A DNA stretch of 64,000 nt from Chloroflexi bacterium UBA4730 (GCA_002404155.1 DHJC01000081.1:4520-68519), one strand, 5' to 3'; positions 20,175 through 33,712 are shown, counted from the stretch's first letter. Numbers and translations are program-made. Notes: a model not told the origin generated them from the sequence alone.

Positions 20175-21536
20175 CTATGAGGTCCTTCCGCTACGGTCCA
20201 CGAGCGCGCCAATCACGGCGGCTACCAGCGGCTCGTCCTGCTCGGGCAGCACGCTCCGCAGGTCGAGCACGACGCGATCGTCGATGATCCGCGAGATCAC
20301 CGGCGGATCGGCCCTTCGCAGCGCGCCGACGGCGCGCGCCGCGGACGAGGCCGAAAGGGCAACGCCGCGCGACGGCTGGGTCTCCTCGGGCAGCGATCCC
20401 CCGCCGACGGTCGACCTGGTCTCGACCACCGCTGCGGGGATGCCGGCGGCCTCGAGCCGCGCCGCGAGCACCTTCGCGCGCTTCGCGAGCCGGGCGGGTG
20501 TCTCGGCGATCAGCCGCCACACCGGGAGCGTCTCGAGCGCGGTGCCGTCGCGGTAGGCCGCGACCGTCGCCACCAGCGCCGCGATGGTGAGCTTGTCCGG
20601 ACGGAGCGCGCGCATCAGCGGGTGCGTGCGCAGTTTCGCGATCGCCTCGGCACGGCCCGCGACGATGCCGGCCTGCGGCCCGCCGAGCAGCTTGTCCCCG
20701 CTGAAGGTCACCACGTCCGCGCCGTCGCGGATGGCCTCCTGAACGGTCTCCTCGCGTCCGAGACCGAATCGCGCCGTATCGAGCAGCGTGCCGCTCCCGA
20801 GGTCGTGGATGAACGCGACGCCGCGCTCGCGCGCGAGCGTCGAAAGATCCGGTGACGCGGCCTTCGCGACGAAGCCACGCAGCGTGAAGTTGCTCGCGTG
20901 CACGCGGAGAATGGCGCCCGTCTTCTCCGTGATGGCGTTCGCGTAGTCGCGCACATAGGTGCGGTTCGTGGTCCCGACCTCGACGAGCTTGGCGCCGGAC
21001 CGCGTGAGCACGTCGGGGATCCGGAAGCCGCCGCCGATCTCGACGAGCTCGCCGCGCGCGACGATGACCTCGCGCTTGCCCGCGAGTACTGCGAGCGCCA
21101 GCAGGACCGCCGCCGCGCCATTGTTTGCGACGACCGCGTCCTCGGCCCCCGTGACCTCCGCGATGAGGCGCGCGGCGTGGCCGTGCCGCTCGCCGCGCGC
21201 GCCGCGTTCGAGGTCGTACTCGACGCTCACCGTGCCGCTTGCGTCGCGGATCGCTACGAGCGCAGCGTCGGAGAGGGGGGCCCGGCCGAGATTCGTGTGG
21301 AGCACGACGCCGGTCGCGTTGATCACCCGCCGCAGCGTGGGCGCGTCGCCCTTCGCGATCCGGTCGCGGGCGAGCTTCGCGTAGGCGGCGGCATCGAGGA
21401 TCTCGCTGCCGGCCGTGCGGGCGGCCGCGAGGACCTCGCGCACCGCCGTCGTGAGGCGCCTCCGATCGGACAGGTCCTCCGGCGATGCGCGGAGCACGGC
21501 ATCGACCGACGGAACGCGACGTCGTGGATCGGTCAT
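20175..21536 (-). CDS. selA: L-seryl-tRNA(Sec) selenium transferase SelA
   Basis: 453 aa from MTDPRRRVPS.. with the PLP-Lys region FSGDKLLGGPQAG and the SelA N-terminal domain. ATG at 21536 overlaps the upstream stop (ATGA). Confidence 0.9.
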   Translation of the reverse strand: MTDPRRRVPSVDAVLRASPEDLSDRRRLTTAVREVLAAARTAGSEILDAAAYAKLARDRIAKGDAPTLRRVINATGVVLHTNLGRAPLSDAALVAIRDASGTVSVEYDLERGARGERHGHAARLIAEVTGAEDAVVANNGAAAVLLALAVLAGKREVIVARGELVEIGGGFRIPDVLTRSGAKLVEVGTTNRTYVRDYANAITEKTGAILRVHASNFTLRGFVAKAASPDLSTLARERGVAFIHDLGSGTLLDTARFGLGREETVQEAIRDGADVVTFSGDKLLGGPQAGIVAGRAEAIAKLRTHPLMRALRPDKLTIAALVATVAAYRDGTALETLPVWRLIAETPARLAKRAKVLAARLEAAGIPAAVVETRSTVGGGSLPEETQPSRGVALSASSAARAVGALRRADPPVISRIIDDRVVLDLRSVLPEQDEPLVAAVIGALVDRSGRTS

Positions 21537-22423
21537 GCGGTGAGCACCGCGAGCGCGCCTGGACGCACCTTGATCGCGACCTCGCTCGCGTGGATCACCT
21601 CGCCGTCGATCTCGACGGCGACGCGCCGGTCGAGCGCAATGTCGACGGTCCGCGCGCGGATGGCTTGGATCGTCGTGCCGTTGTGGTGCGTGCCGCGATA
21701 CAGCCGCGCGAGCGCGCCGAGGGTCGCGAGCTTTCCGAGCTCCGTGGCGATGGTGAGATCGAGCCACCCGTCATCCAGCGCGGACTTCGGCGCGGGCTGC
21801 ATCCCGCCGCCGAAGTAGCGGCCGTTCGACGCGACCACGATGAGGTGCCGCCCTTCGCGCGATTCGCCGTCGACGGTGATCCGCATCGCTAGCGCCTTGT
21901 ACAGGGCGATCGCGCCGAGCGCGCCGGCGAAATAGCCCAGCGTGGATCCAACGTAGCGCGAGCTGCCCTTCACGCCTTCCGCCACGACCCCGTCGATGCC
22001 TACGCCGGCGGCGTTCACAAAGACCCGTCCGTTGAGCTCACCGACGTCGATCACCCGGCGCCTGGCCTTCGCGAGGAAAGCCGGAACGTCGCGCAACCGC
22101 TTCGGATAGCCCAGGCTGCGCGCGAGGTCGTTCCCGGTGCCGAGCGGATAGAGGCCGAGCGCGGTCGTCGTGCCGACGAGCCCGTTCGCGATCTCGTTCG
22201 CGGTCCCGTCGCCGCCCGCGGCGATGACCGTCGCGTAGCCGTCATCCGACGCCTCCGCCGCCAGGCGCGCGGCCTCGGCCGGTGCCGGGGTGACGAGCAC
22301 CTCGATGTGCATGCCGGCGTCGCGGAACGTCTTCGCGAGGGTCGTCGCGAGGTTCCGCCCCCTTCCGTGCCCGGCCTCGGGGTTGAGGATCGCGATCGCG
22401 CTCGCCGCGCCGTTTTGGCTCAT
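21533..22423 (-). CDS. Diacylglycerol-kinase-family lipid kinase (YegS/DagK-like)
   Basis: 296 aa with DAGK_cat motifs (AILNPEAGHG, AAGGDGT, PLGTGND). Confidence 0.85.
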   Translation of the reverse strand: MSQNGAASAIAILNPEAGHGRGRNLATTLAKTFRDAGMHIEVLVTPAPAEAARLAAEASDDGYATVIAAGGDGTANEIANGLVGTTTALGLYPLGTGNDLARSLGYPKRLRDVPAFLAKARRRVIDVGELNGRVFVNAAGVGIDGVVAEGVKGSSRYVGSTLGYFAGALGAIALYKALAMRITVDGESREGRHLIVVASNGRYFGGGMQPAPKSALDDGWLDLTIATELGKLATLGALARLYRGTHHNGTTIQAIRARTVDIALDRRVAVEIDGEVIHASEVAIKVRPGALAVLTA

Positions 22424-22902
22424 TGCAGTGCCGCGCGGATCGCCTGCTGCTCCTCATCCGACAGCGCGTGCTTCGAGCGTCCATTCGTGACCTGTTTCGC
22501 GAAGATCCGCGTTTCGGCCCGCCCGTGGAGACTCGATACGACGATGCCGGTACCGCCCTGGTCCAGCAGCGCGATGGCGAACGACTGGTCCCCGCCGCTG
22601 TCCTGGAACGGGTTGAAGCGGACCACGCCGACCTTCTGCAGCGCGAGCCGGGATGACGCTTCGAGCTCACGCTCGAGCGCGTTGAGCGCGTCGACCCGGG
22701 ACGCGAGCTGCTCGATCCGAGTCGCCTGGCCGGCCAGGACCTCATCAAGGCCCGTCGTCCCGTTGTCGCTGAGGATCCGCCGCAGGCGGCTCCGCAGGCG
22801 GGCCTCAGAGCGCTGGAGGAAGGCGAGCCAGGCAGCCAACCCCACCACCGCGAGCACGAGCGCGATCACGGCGCCTGACAGCACGGACGGCTCGAGCGGC
22901 AT
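22420..22902 (-). CDS. DUF4446-family protein (N-terminal TM helix)
   Basis: 160 aa from MPLEPSVLSGAVIALVLAVVGLAAWLAFL..., then a coiled-coil and a conserved C-terminal region. Stop overlaps the lipid kinase start. Confidence 0.6.
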   Translation of the reverse strand: MPLEPSVLSGAVIALVLAVVGLAAWLAFLQRSEARLRSRLRRILSDNGTTGLDEVLAGQATRIEQLASRVDALNALERELEASSRLALQKVGVVRFNPFQDSGGDQSFAIALLDQGGTGIVVSSLHGRAETRIFAKQVTNGRSKHALSDEEQQAIRAALQ

Positions 22903-22942
22903 GCCGCAGATACGGTAGCCGTTCCCGTATCCTTGGCCTCTC

Positions 22943-23257
22943 ATGGCGAAGAGACAGCGACGGAGCACGCGCGAGCGCCGCGCCAGTGCGGGGAGCGCGC
23001 GGCCGGCGGAGCACGACCGTCCGGTGACGACCACGAGCGCGACGCGTCGCTCGTACAGCGGGTCGCAGCGACCGGGGTCGCCGGTCCGTGCGGGTGCGGC
23101 ACGCGCCGTCGGTGAGCCCTCCGCGGTCCTCGAGCGCGAAGCCGTACGGGAGCGAACCTACGTGACTCGGGACTTCCGCCGCATCGGCATGGTCGTCGCG
23201 ATCATGGTGGCCCTGCTCATCGTGAGCGACGTCGCGGTGAACGCCCTCCTGCCCTAG
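22943..23257 (+). CDS. Hypothetical small tail-anchored membrane protein
   Basis: 104-aa ORF with a basic N-terminus and a C-terminal TM segment RIGMVVAIMVALLIVSDVAVNALLP. No recognisable family; coding status uncertain. Confidence 0.25.
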   Translation: MAKRQRRSTRERRASAGSARPAEHDRPVTTTSATRRSYSGSQRPGSPVRAGAARAVGEPSAVLEREAVRERTYVTRDFRRIGMVVAIMVALLIVSDVAVNALLP

Positions 23258-23328
23258 CCAGAGCGATCAGGCCAGGCGGTTCCCCCGACCAGGAGCATCC
23301 GCGTCCTAAACTCAGACCTCCACGCGAC

Positions 23329-23401
23329 GGACCCGTGGCTCAGCGGTTAGAGCACTCGGTTCACATCCGAGGGGTCGCTGGTTCGAATCCAGCCGGGTCC
23401 A
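23329..23401 (+). tRNA. tRNA-Val (anticodon CAC)
   Basis: GGACCCG/CGGGTCC acceptor stem, GCTC-AGCGGTTAG-AGC D arm, CTCGG-TTCACAT-CCGAG anticodon arm, GCTGG-TTCGAAT-CCAGC T arm, discriminator A. CCA not encoded. Confidence 0.85.
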
Positions 23402-24760
23402 CGGAAGGTACCCCTCGGCTTGCCGCGTAGCGGCCCTTCCCGTCGCGAGTCGCGGTCAGGTAGGTGCGCACAGTAGGCGCCGCGATCGCTGCGATCATCC
23501 GCCGCAACTCGGGCCGGATGACGAGCTCCATCCCGTCGTCGGCGAACCGGATCTCGGTCACCAGCGCGTCGATGATCGCCCGGCGCGTCTCGCGGGTCAT
23601 GTCGGGCCACGCGTCGACGACCGCCAGGTAGCGTGCGACGTCGCCGACCGTCGCGTTAATTGCCGGTGCCGTCGCGTCGAGAACCGTCCGGGCCTCGCGT
23701 TTCTCGGTCGCGTAGTCGTCGTCGCTCAGGTCCCCGAGGAGGTACAGCCGGCGCGCACGCTCGAGCCGCGCCTCGGCTACGCGACGCCGCCGCGCTCCGT
23801 CGTCGGCCGCTGGCTTCACCCGGACGAACGCGGCAAGGCGCGTCCGACGATCAGCGTCGAGATGCCACGTCCGCAGCCACGCGACGAACTCCGCCTCGAG
23901 GACCGCCTCGCTGCGTTGGAACGGCGTGCCACAGCCCGGGCGCGAATGCAGCAGCCGGTGATCGATGACGCCATCCGGCCGCGCCGAGCGACGACCCCAG
24001 AGCGGCTGCCCACACGTCGCGTGGCGAGCGCGGGACGTGAAGAGGTAGAGCCCGCGCTCGGCAGGCGTGCCGCGGCGGCCGCGGCGCTCGCGGCGCAGGC
24101 GCTGGATCGCGTCCCAGGTCCGTCGGTCGACGAGCGCGGGCGCGATGCCGGTGCGCTCCTCGCCCTTGCGGCGGGTCACGCCGATGGCAATCGGGTTCTT
24201 GAGGACCTCGAAGACGACGGTCGCGTCGAATGGCCGACCGCGCACCCGATGCGACGGATCGCGGCCTCGTCGTCAACGAGCGCGATCGCCGTTGCGGTCG
24301 CGTCCGACCAGCGGTAGCCCCACGGGAGCGTGCCGCCAGGTAGCCCGAGGCGCGCGAACCTCGCGGCGTAGCCGTCGCGGATCCGGTCGGTGAGGTCGCG
24401 CGAGTACTGCGCGTTGAGCACGTGGAGGATGCCCTTCTGCAGCGCGCCGCGGCGATCGTCGGACCAGATGCCCTCGCGGGCGTAATAGATCCGCGCGCCA
24501 GCGGCGCGGAGCGTGGCCTCGTACGTGAACGCGTCGGCTTCGTTGCGGGCGAACCGCGACGTGTCGTACACGACCAGGACGCTGAACCGGTGCTCACGCG
24601 CGTCGGTGACCATCCGCTGGAAGTCCGATCGCTTGAGTGTGCCGGTGCCGGAGATGAGGTCGGAGTACTCGGCGATGATCTCGAGGTGCAGTTCCGTGGC
24701 GGCGCGCGGGGCAGTCCCGGTGCGGCCGCTCTCGGCGTACGCGATCTTATGAGCGCGCCG
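23402..24760 (-). pseudogene. Large serine recombinase (phage/ICE integrase), frameshifted; reads into tRNA-Val 3' end
   Basis: ORF 24176..25102 carries the resolvase catalytic region (VLVVYDTSRFARN). ORF 23361..24245, in another frame, carries the recombinase domain (VVFEVLKNPIAIGV...) and zinc-ribbon region. The frames overlap by about 70 nt, so there is at least one frameshift. The N-terminal Ser-motif region is also degenerate (IAYAESGRTG). Confidence 0.7.
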
Positions 24761-25203
24761 GCCGCCCCGCTTGCTCCCGACCTCGAACAGGCCCTGAAGC
24801 GCCTGAAGCTCCGCGCGGTGCGGCAGCTCGCACCGGAGGTGCTGCAGACGGCGAAGGTCCAGCGCTGGGCTCCGGAGGAGCTGCTGCGTACGCTGGTCGA
24901 GGCCGAGATCGCCGCGCGCGACCAGGCCAACGAGCGGGCCCCGCTGCGCGTCGCGGCCTTCCCGGTGCGCAAGACCCTCGACGAGTTCAAGGTCCAAGAG
25001 AGCGCGGTGCCGCAGCCGACCTTCGCGTATCTCGCCTCGCTCGAGTGGATCCGGGGGGAGGTCGCGCCGCGTACCGCGCTGATCCGCGACCAGCTGCGGC
25101 AACGACCGGTGGCCTGCTCACGACCTCCGCTGCAGCGACGCTCCGCGTGAAGCCCGACCGCTATCCGCCGGACCGGCCGGCCAGGCGCGTCGGGTAGGGC
25201 TAC

Positions 25204-26136
25204 GTGCAGCTCGCTACGTTCGTCGTGCCTACGACGGGGATGGTCGCGACCGGGGCGGTCGAGAGCGGCACCGTCCGTCTCATCGGCCCAGGTTCGCTCG
25301 GTGATCGTCTTCGGGCCCAGCTGGCGCTGAAGCCCGCGCCGGATGCGCCGGTCTACCCACTGAATGCGCTGCGGCTTTTGGCACCCGTGCCGGAACCTCC
25401 CAGCGTGCGCGACTTCTACGCCTTTGAGCAGCACGTCCGTGCCGCTCGCAAGCTACGCGGTCTGGAGATGTCCCCGACTTTCTACGAACTGCCAGTGTTC
25501 TATTTCAGCAATCCGGCAGCGATCTTCGGGCCGGACGCTGTCATCCCTATGGCACCCGGCACCCAGGAACTGGACTTCGAGCTGGAAATCGGACTGGTCA
25601 TCGGACGGGGCGGACGGAACATCCCGGTCGAGCGCGCATGGGAGCACGTGCTCGGCCTGACGATCATGAACGATTGGAGCGCACGCGACCTCCAGCGGCA
25701 GGAGATGAAGCTCAACCTGGGCCCGGCCAAGGGCAAAGACTTCGCCACCTCGATCGGGCCTTGGCTGGTGACACTGGACGAGCTGCGCGATCGGCTGGAG
25801 AAGGACCGTCATGACCTCACAATGGTCGCCCGCGTTAACCGGCGCGAGTTGTCCCGTGGCAACGTCAAGGACGCGTACTGGAGCTTTCCGCAGATGATCG
25901 CGCACGCCTCGCGAGGGGCGACGCTCCGGCCAGGCGACTTGATCGGCAGCGGTACGGTCGGCACGGGCTGCATTCTCGAGCGGCGTCCGGAGAACACGGG
26001 AGGCTGGCTCAAGCCTGGCGACGAGGTCGAGTGCGAGATCGAGCGTCTGGGCATCCTGCGCAACCGCATTGCTGCGCCAGACGAAAGCTATCACCTATTG
26101 CCTGACCCGAATGCACCGGACACGGTCGCCGACTGA
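25204..26136 (+). CDS. Fumarylacetoacetate hydrolase (FAH) family protein
   Basis: 310 aa with FAH-fold motifs (GKDFATSIGPW, metal-binding E/D residues). Confidence 0.85.
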   Translation: MQLATFVVPTTGMVATGAVESGTVRLIGPGSLGDRLRAQLALKPAPDAPVYPLNALRLLAPVPEPPSVRDFYAFEQHVRAARKLRGLEMSPTFYELPVFYFSNPAAIFGPDAVIPMAPGTQELDFELEIGLVIGRGGRNIPVERAWEHVLGLTIMNDWSARDLQRQEMKLNLGPAKGKDFATSIGPWLVTLDELRDRLEKDRHDLTMVARVNRRELSRGNVKDAYWSFPQMIAHASRGATLRPGDLIGSGTVGTGCILERRPENTGGWLKPGDEVECEIERLGILRNRIAAPDESYHLLPDPNAPDTVAD

Positions 26137-26587
26137 CCGGGAGTGGGCCGCGTAGAGGAACCGACCGTGCGAGTGTGGTCAACGGTCGACGGCACGCCCG
26201 CCGGAAGATCACCTGATTCTCGCCGGCACCTTGGCCCCGCTCCTCATTCACTGCAGGCCTCTTGAAGGAACCGGGTCGGCGGTCGGGTCCTCTCGGGCGA
26301 GCGATAAAACCCCGGGCCGCAGCCGGGTAACCCCACGAAAGTCTCGGAAAGGGCCGCGCTGACGCTCGGCAACCCCCCGGGGAAACCCCGCAACCTATGC
26401 CCGGTAGGGGCGGGTCGCGCTGGCAACCCTAGCGATCGATCCCTGCGACCCTGCCCGCGGCACGGGGAACCCCGCGCTCGTGCCAGTCGACGAGGGCCGG
26501 CTCGTGTCGGCGACGCCGCGGCCGGGATGGCTCGACTACATCGAGCGAACCGGCGTCCTCAGCGTGGGCGCGCCGGTTTTGGTCGGG

Positions 26588-26633
26588 AGGCGTCGGCGGG
26601 AATCGAACCCGCGATGAGGGTTTTGCAGACCGT
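26588..26633 (-). repeat. tRNA-Cys-like 3' fragment (anticodon arm CUGCAAA, T arm GCGGG-TTCGATT-CCCGC, acceptor 3' strand, U73) lacking a 5' half: att-type scar
   Basis: Seen directly on the minus strand inside a 680-bp non-coding gap. No complementary 5' acceptor strand nearby. Flanked at 26640–26700 by a motif also present at 61120–61170. Confidence 0.35.
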
Positions 26634-26820
26634 CTCTTCAGCGACGTAGCTGCTTCGATCACCTTACTGAGTCAGATGAGCAAATGGTTTGCCACACCAG
26701 TGTCGCCGGTGCGCTCGCCGAGCCCCAGAACGCTGCCGCCATGAACGGTCGAGGGAATCGATTCGTACGAGGATCCTGCACTAGGCATCGTCACGCACGA
26801 CGGTGCGCCCTCGGCGCAAC

Positions 26821-27414
26821 TCAGCTCAATGTGGGGAGCCAGCTCGATCGTCGCGATTCGTACGCGGCAATCGAGTCGACGTGGGTGAGGCTCAGCTCGA
26901 TCTCGTCCTGTCCGGCGAGCAACCGCGCCTGCCAGGAGTCAGCCAGTGGGAACGGCGCGCTGTACCGAAGCGCGGCGACGGTGACCTCGCGCGCCTCCAC
27001 GCTCACGGAGATTTCGAGGGTCGGGTCGGCCTCGACCGCCGCGAGCAACTGCGCCACGTCCAGCTCCGGCAGCTCGGCGAGCACCAGTCCGATGCCGAGG
27101 CCATTCGAACGGAAGATGTCCGCGAAGCTCGGGGCGATGATCGCGCCGAACCCCCAGTCCGCGAGGGCCCAGGCGGCGTGCTCGCGCGAGCTGCCGCAGC
27201 CGAAGTTCGCTCCGGCGACCAGGATCTTCGCCCCGCGAAAGCGGGCGTCGTTCAGCACGAACGCGGGATCGGCGCGCCACGCCTCGAACAGCCCGGCGCC
27301 GTAGCCGGTGCGTTCGATGCGCTTCAGCCAGTCGCTCGGGATGATCTGATCGGTATCCACGTCGCGCCGATCGAGCGGAAGGGCTCGGCCGGTGACCTGC
27401 CGCACCGGGTTCAC
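26821..27414 (-). CDS. leuD: 3-isopropylmalate dehydratase small subunit
   Basis: 197 aa from [26 protein letters not shown]... GTG at 27414 overlaps the leuC stop (GTGA). Confidence 0.9.
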   Translation of the reverse strand: MNPVRQVTGRALPLDRRDVDTDQIIPSDWLKRIERTGYGAGLFEAWRADPAFVLNDARFRGAKILVAGANFGCGSSREHAAWALADWGFGAIIAPSFADIFRSNGLGIGLVLAELPELDVAQLLAAVEADPTLEISVSVEAREVTVAALRYSAPFPLADSWQARLLAGQDEIELSLTHVDSIAAYESRRSSWLPTLS

Positions 27415-28814
27415 GAGAGGTCCGCCGGCGCCGCGAAGTGACCCGCGATCGCCGTGGCCGCCGCGACCGCCGGCGAGACGAGATGCGTTCGCGCTCCGGG
27501 TCCCTGGCGGCCCTCGAAGTTGCGGTTCGATGTCGACGCGATGCGTTCGCCGGACTTCGCGACGTCGTCGTTCATCCCGAGGCACATCGAACAGCCGGCG
27601 ATGCGCCACTCGAACCCCGCATCGCGAAAGATCCGATCGAGGCCCTCGGCCTCGGCCTGCGCCTTCACCGCCATGGATCCTGGGACCGCGAGCGCGCGGA
27701 TGCCCCGGCGCACGCGCCGGCCACGCAGGACCGCCGCCGCGGCCCGGAAGTCCTCGATCCGGCCGTTCGTGCAGGACCCGAGGAACACCGTATCGACCGC
27801 GATGTCGCGCATCGCGGTCCCCGGCCGCAGATCCATGTACGCGAGCGCCCGCCGTGCACTGTCGCGCGATGCGTCATCCGCGAGGGTCTCGGGATCAGGG
27901 ACGCGATCGTCGATCGCGACGGACTGGGCCGGGTTGGTCCCCCACGTGACATATGGACGCAGGAGCCGCGCGTCGATCCGGACCTCGCGGTCGTACCGGG
28001 CATCGGCATCGGTCGGCAGCCCGCGCCAATGATCGAGCGCCCGCTCCCAGGCTGCGCCCGTCGGTGCGTGCGGGCGGCCCTCCAGGTACGCGAACGTGAC
28101 CGCGTCGGGGGCGATCATGCCGGCACGCGCACCGGCCTCGATGGACATGTTGCAGACGGTCATCCGCCCTTCCATCGAGAGGGCCCGGATCGCCTCGCCC
28201 CCGTACTCGACGAGATGCCCGATCCCGCCGTGCACGCCGATCCGGGCGATGATCCCAAGGATGAGATCCTTCGCCGTCACGTCGGCGGGCGCTGGACCGT
28301 CGAGGCTAACCGCCATCGTCTTCGGCCGCGGCCGCGCGATCGTCTGGGTGGCGAGGACGTGCTCGACGTCGCTCGTGCCGATGCCGAACGCGATCGCACC
28401 AAATGCGCCGTGCGTCGAGGTGTGGCTGTCGCCGCAGACGATGACCATTCCCGGCTGGGTGAGCCCGAGCTGCGGCCCGATGACGTGGACGATGCCCTGA
28501 CCCGGATCGCCCATCGGGAACAGGCGGATGCCGAACGCGGCGCAGTTGTGTGCGAGCGTGGCGATCTGCCGGGCCGAGTCGGGATCGGCGATCGCGCGAT
28601 CCGCCACGGTCGGCGTGTTGTGATCCATCGTCGCGACCGTCAGCTCCGGTCGGCGCACCCGGCGGCCCGCGAGTCGCAGGCCCTCGAACGCCTGCGGTGA
28701 GGTCACCTCGTGCACGAGGTGGAGATCGACGTACAGGAGGTCCGGTCCGCCGGCGGCGCGGTGGACGACGTGCGCCTCCCAGACCTTCTCGGCGAGCGGA
28801 CGGCCGGTCGTCAC
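27411..28814 (-). CDS. leuC: 3-isopropylmalate dehydratase large subunit
   Basis: 467 aa from [15 protein letters not shown]... with aconitase-family motifs ([12 protein letters not shown], Fe-S Cys). GTG at 28814 overlaps the ilvA stop. The 780-aa track ORF is over-extended. Confidence 0.9.
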   Translation of the reverse strand: MTTGRPLAEKVWEAHVVHRAAGGPDLLYVDLHLVHEVTSPQAFEGLRLAGRRVRRPELTVATMDHNTPTVADRAIADPDSARQIATLAHNCAAFGIRLFPMGDPGQGIVHVIGPQLGLTQPGMVIVCGDSHTSTHGAFGAIAFGIGTSDVEHVLATQTIARPRPKTMAVSLDGPAPADVTAKDLILGIIARIGVHGGIGHLVEYGGEAIRALSMEGRMTVCNMSIEAGARAGMIAPDAVTFAYLEGRPHAPTGAAWERALDHWRGLPTDADARYDREVRIDARLLRPYVTWGTNPAQSVAIDDRVPDPETLADDASRDSARRALAYMDLRPGTAMRDIAVDTVFLGSCTNGRIEDFRAAAAVLRGRRVRRGIRALAVPGSMAVKAQAEAEGLDRIFRDAGFEWRIAGCSMCLGMNDDVAKSGERIASTSNRNFEGRQGPGARTHLVSPAVAAATAIAGHFAAPADLS

Positions 28815-30048
28815 GCGAGCGGCTGCACGTCGAGCAACTGCTCGGCCGGGAAACCCGAGCGGCGCACGAGCGCGAGGACCTCCTCGGCATGCGCGGTATC
28901 GCGGGTGTCCACGATGACGTCGAGGCCGACGCGTCCGAGCGTCGTGTACGGCCCGAGCCGATCGATCCCGACGTGAAGGATGTTGATGTGCTCGCCACCG
29001 AGGATGCCAGTGAGCTCGTGCAGCTGTCCGGGCCGGTCGTCGAGCCACGTCCGGAACGCGAGGTACCGGCCGGCGCTCGCGAGTCCTTGCTGCAGGACCT
29101 TGCCGAGCAGGTTCGGGTCGATGTTGCCTCCACTGACCACGACGCCGAGGCGCTTGCCCGCGAGATCGCCCGGCGCGTCGAGGACCGCGGCCAGGCCCGC
29201 GGCGCCGGCGGCCTCGGCAAGCAGCTTGTGTCGCTCGAGGAGCAGGACGATCGCGCGCGCGATGGCCTCGTCCGTCACGATCCGCATCGTCACGCCGTGG
29301 GCCCGGGCGATCGCTACGGTGCGCGCCGCCGGCTCGCGAACAGCGATGCCGTCCGCGATCGTCGCCGCACCGCCGCGGGTCGGCGAGCCGGTGGCGAGGG
29401 TATCCGCGAACGCGCGAGCGCCGGCGGCTTGCACCCCGATGAGCCGCGCGCCGGACCGGGCCTCTGCGATCGCCAGCGCGGTGCCGGCAAGGAGGCCACC
29501 GCCACCCACCGGCACGACGATCGCGTCGAGGTCGGGAAGGTCCTCGAGCATCTCTCGCGCGACGGTCCCCTGCCCCGCGATCACCGTCGGATCGTCGAAC
29601 GCGTGGATGTAGACCGCGCCACGCTGCGCCGCGAGCTCCCGCGCGGCCGCGAACGCTTCGTCGTAGCCGTCGCCCGTCACGACGACGTCCGCGCCAGCGC
29701 GCTGGATCGCGGTCAGCTTCGCGAGCGGCACGCCGCGCGGAAGGACCACGCACACCCGGATCGCGAGCATCGCCGCGGCCACCGCTACGCCCTGCCCGTG
29801 ATTGCCGGCGGATGCCGTCACCACGCCGCGGGCCCGTTCCACGCCGTCGAGGGCGAGGAGGCGCGCCATCGCGCCACGCAGCTTGAACGCACCGGTCCGC
29901 TGGAGATTCTCGAGCTTGAGGTGGACCTCGCAGCCTGCCAGCGCCGAGAAGTCCGGCGAGTGCACGAACGGCGTCCGCTCGACACGGCCGGCGATCGCCG
30001 CGGCGGCAGCGGCCACGCTGGTCGCGGCAACCGGCGCGGCAGCGACGC

Positions 30049-30052
<4 letters not shown>
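28811..30052 (-). CDS. ilvA: Threonine ammonia-lyase (biosynthetic threonine dehydratase) with C-terminal ACT-like domain
   Basis: 413 aa with the PLP-Lys motif [15 protein letters not shown], a GxGGGG loop and a C-terminal regulatory domain. Confidence 0.9.
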
Positions 30053-33470
<3,418 letters not shown>

Positions 33471-33517
33471 CTAGACGACCGCGCGCAGAGCCGTGTCGAT
33501 GACCCGGACGCGCCGGC

Positions 33518-33712
33518 TCATATCCACATCGGCAGGTCGGAATCAGGGTGGCGGTAGGCCTCGACACAGATCGTCATGAGCTGGATGTCGCTGAGCTCTT
33601 CGGGGACGAAGCCATAGCGCGTGACGAGCGCATGGGCCTGGCCGAGCTGTTCGTCACCGAAGCGCATGCCCAGGCGCGCGAGCCTTTCGCGGAATAGCTC
33701 CTTGAGGTCCAC
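33518..33712 (-). CDS. Hypothetical 64-aa protein between ilvC and leuA
   Basis: GTG start shares one nucleotide with the ilvC TAG stop. GC3-rich codons. No recognisable domain ([46 protein letters not shown]...). Confidence 0.35.
   Translation of the reverse strand: MDLKELFRERLARLGMRFGDEQLGQAHALVTRYGFVPEELSDIQLMTICVEAYRHPDSDLPMWI

Noticed and set aside
26588-26633. tRNA-Sec (selC) candidate near the selAB locus
   Set aside because: The anticodon loop is CUGCAAA (GCA, Cys), not CUUCAAA. The variable loop is 4 nt and there is no 8-bp acceptor or long extra arm. No selC was found in this window.
26570-26700. tmRNA (ssrA) hypothesis for the tRNA-like T-arm/acceptor at 26.6 kb
   Set aside because: A full tmRNA on that strand would need ~370 nt and would run into leuD. 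No tag-peptide frame ending in ...ALAA and no 5' GGGG...UUCGACGGG partner were found. A 3' tRNA-Cys fragment explains the sequence more simply.
27411-29753. Very long N-terminal extensions of track ORFs (e.g. leuC 780 aa, helicase 1227 aa, ychF 567 aa, selA 530 aa, ilvD 604 aa)
   Set aside because: Homology begins at internal GTG/ATG codons that sit exactly on the upstream gene's stop (GTGA/ATGA overlaps). The extensions are Arg-rich read-through of the upstream gene in another frame.
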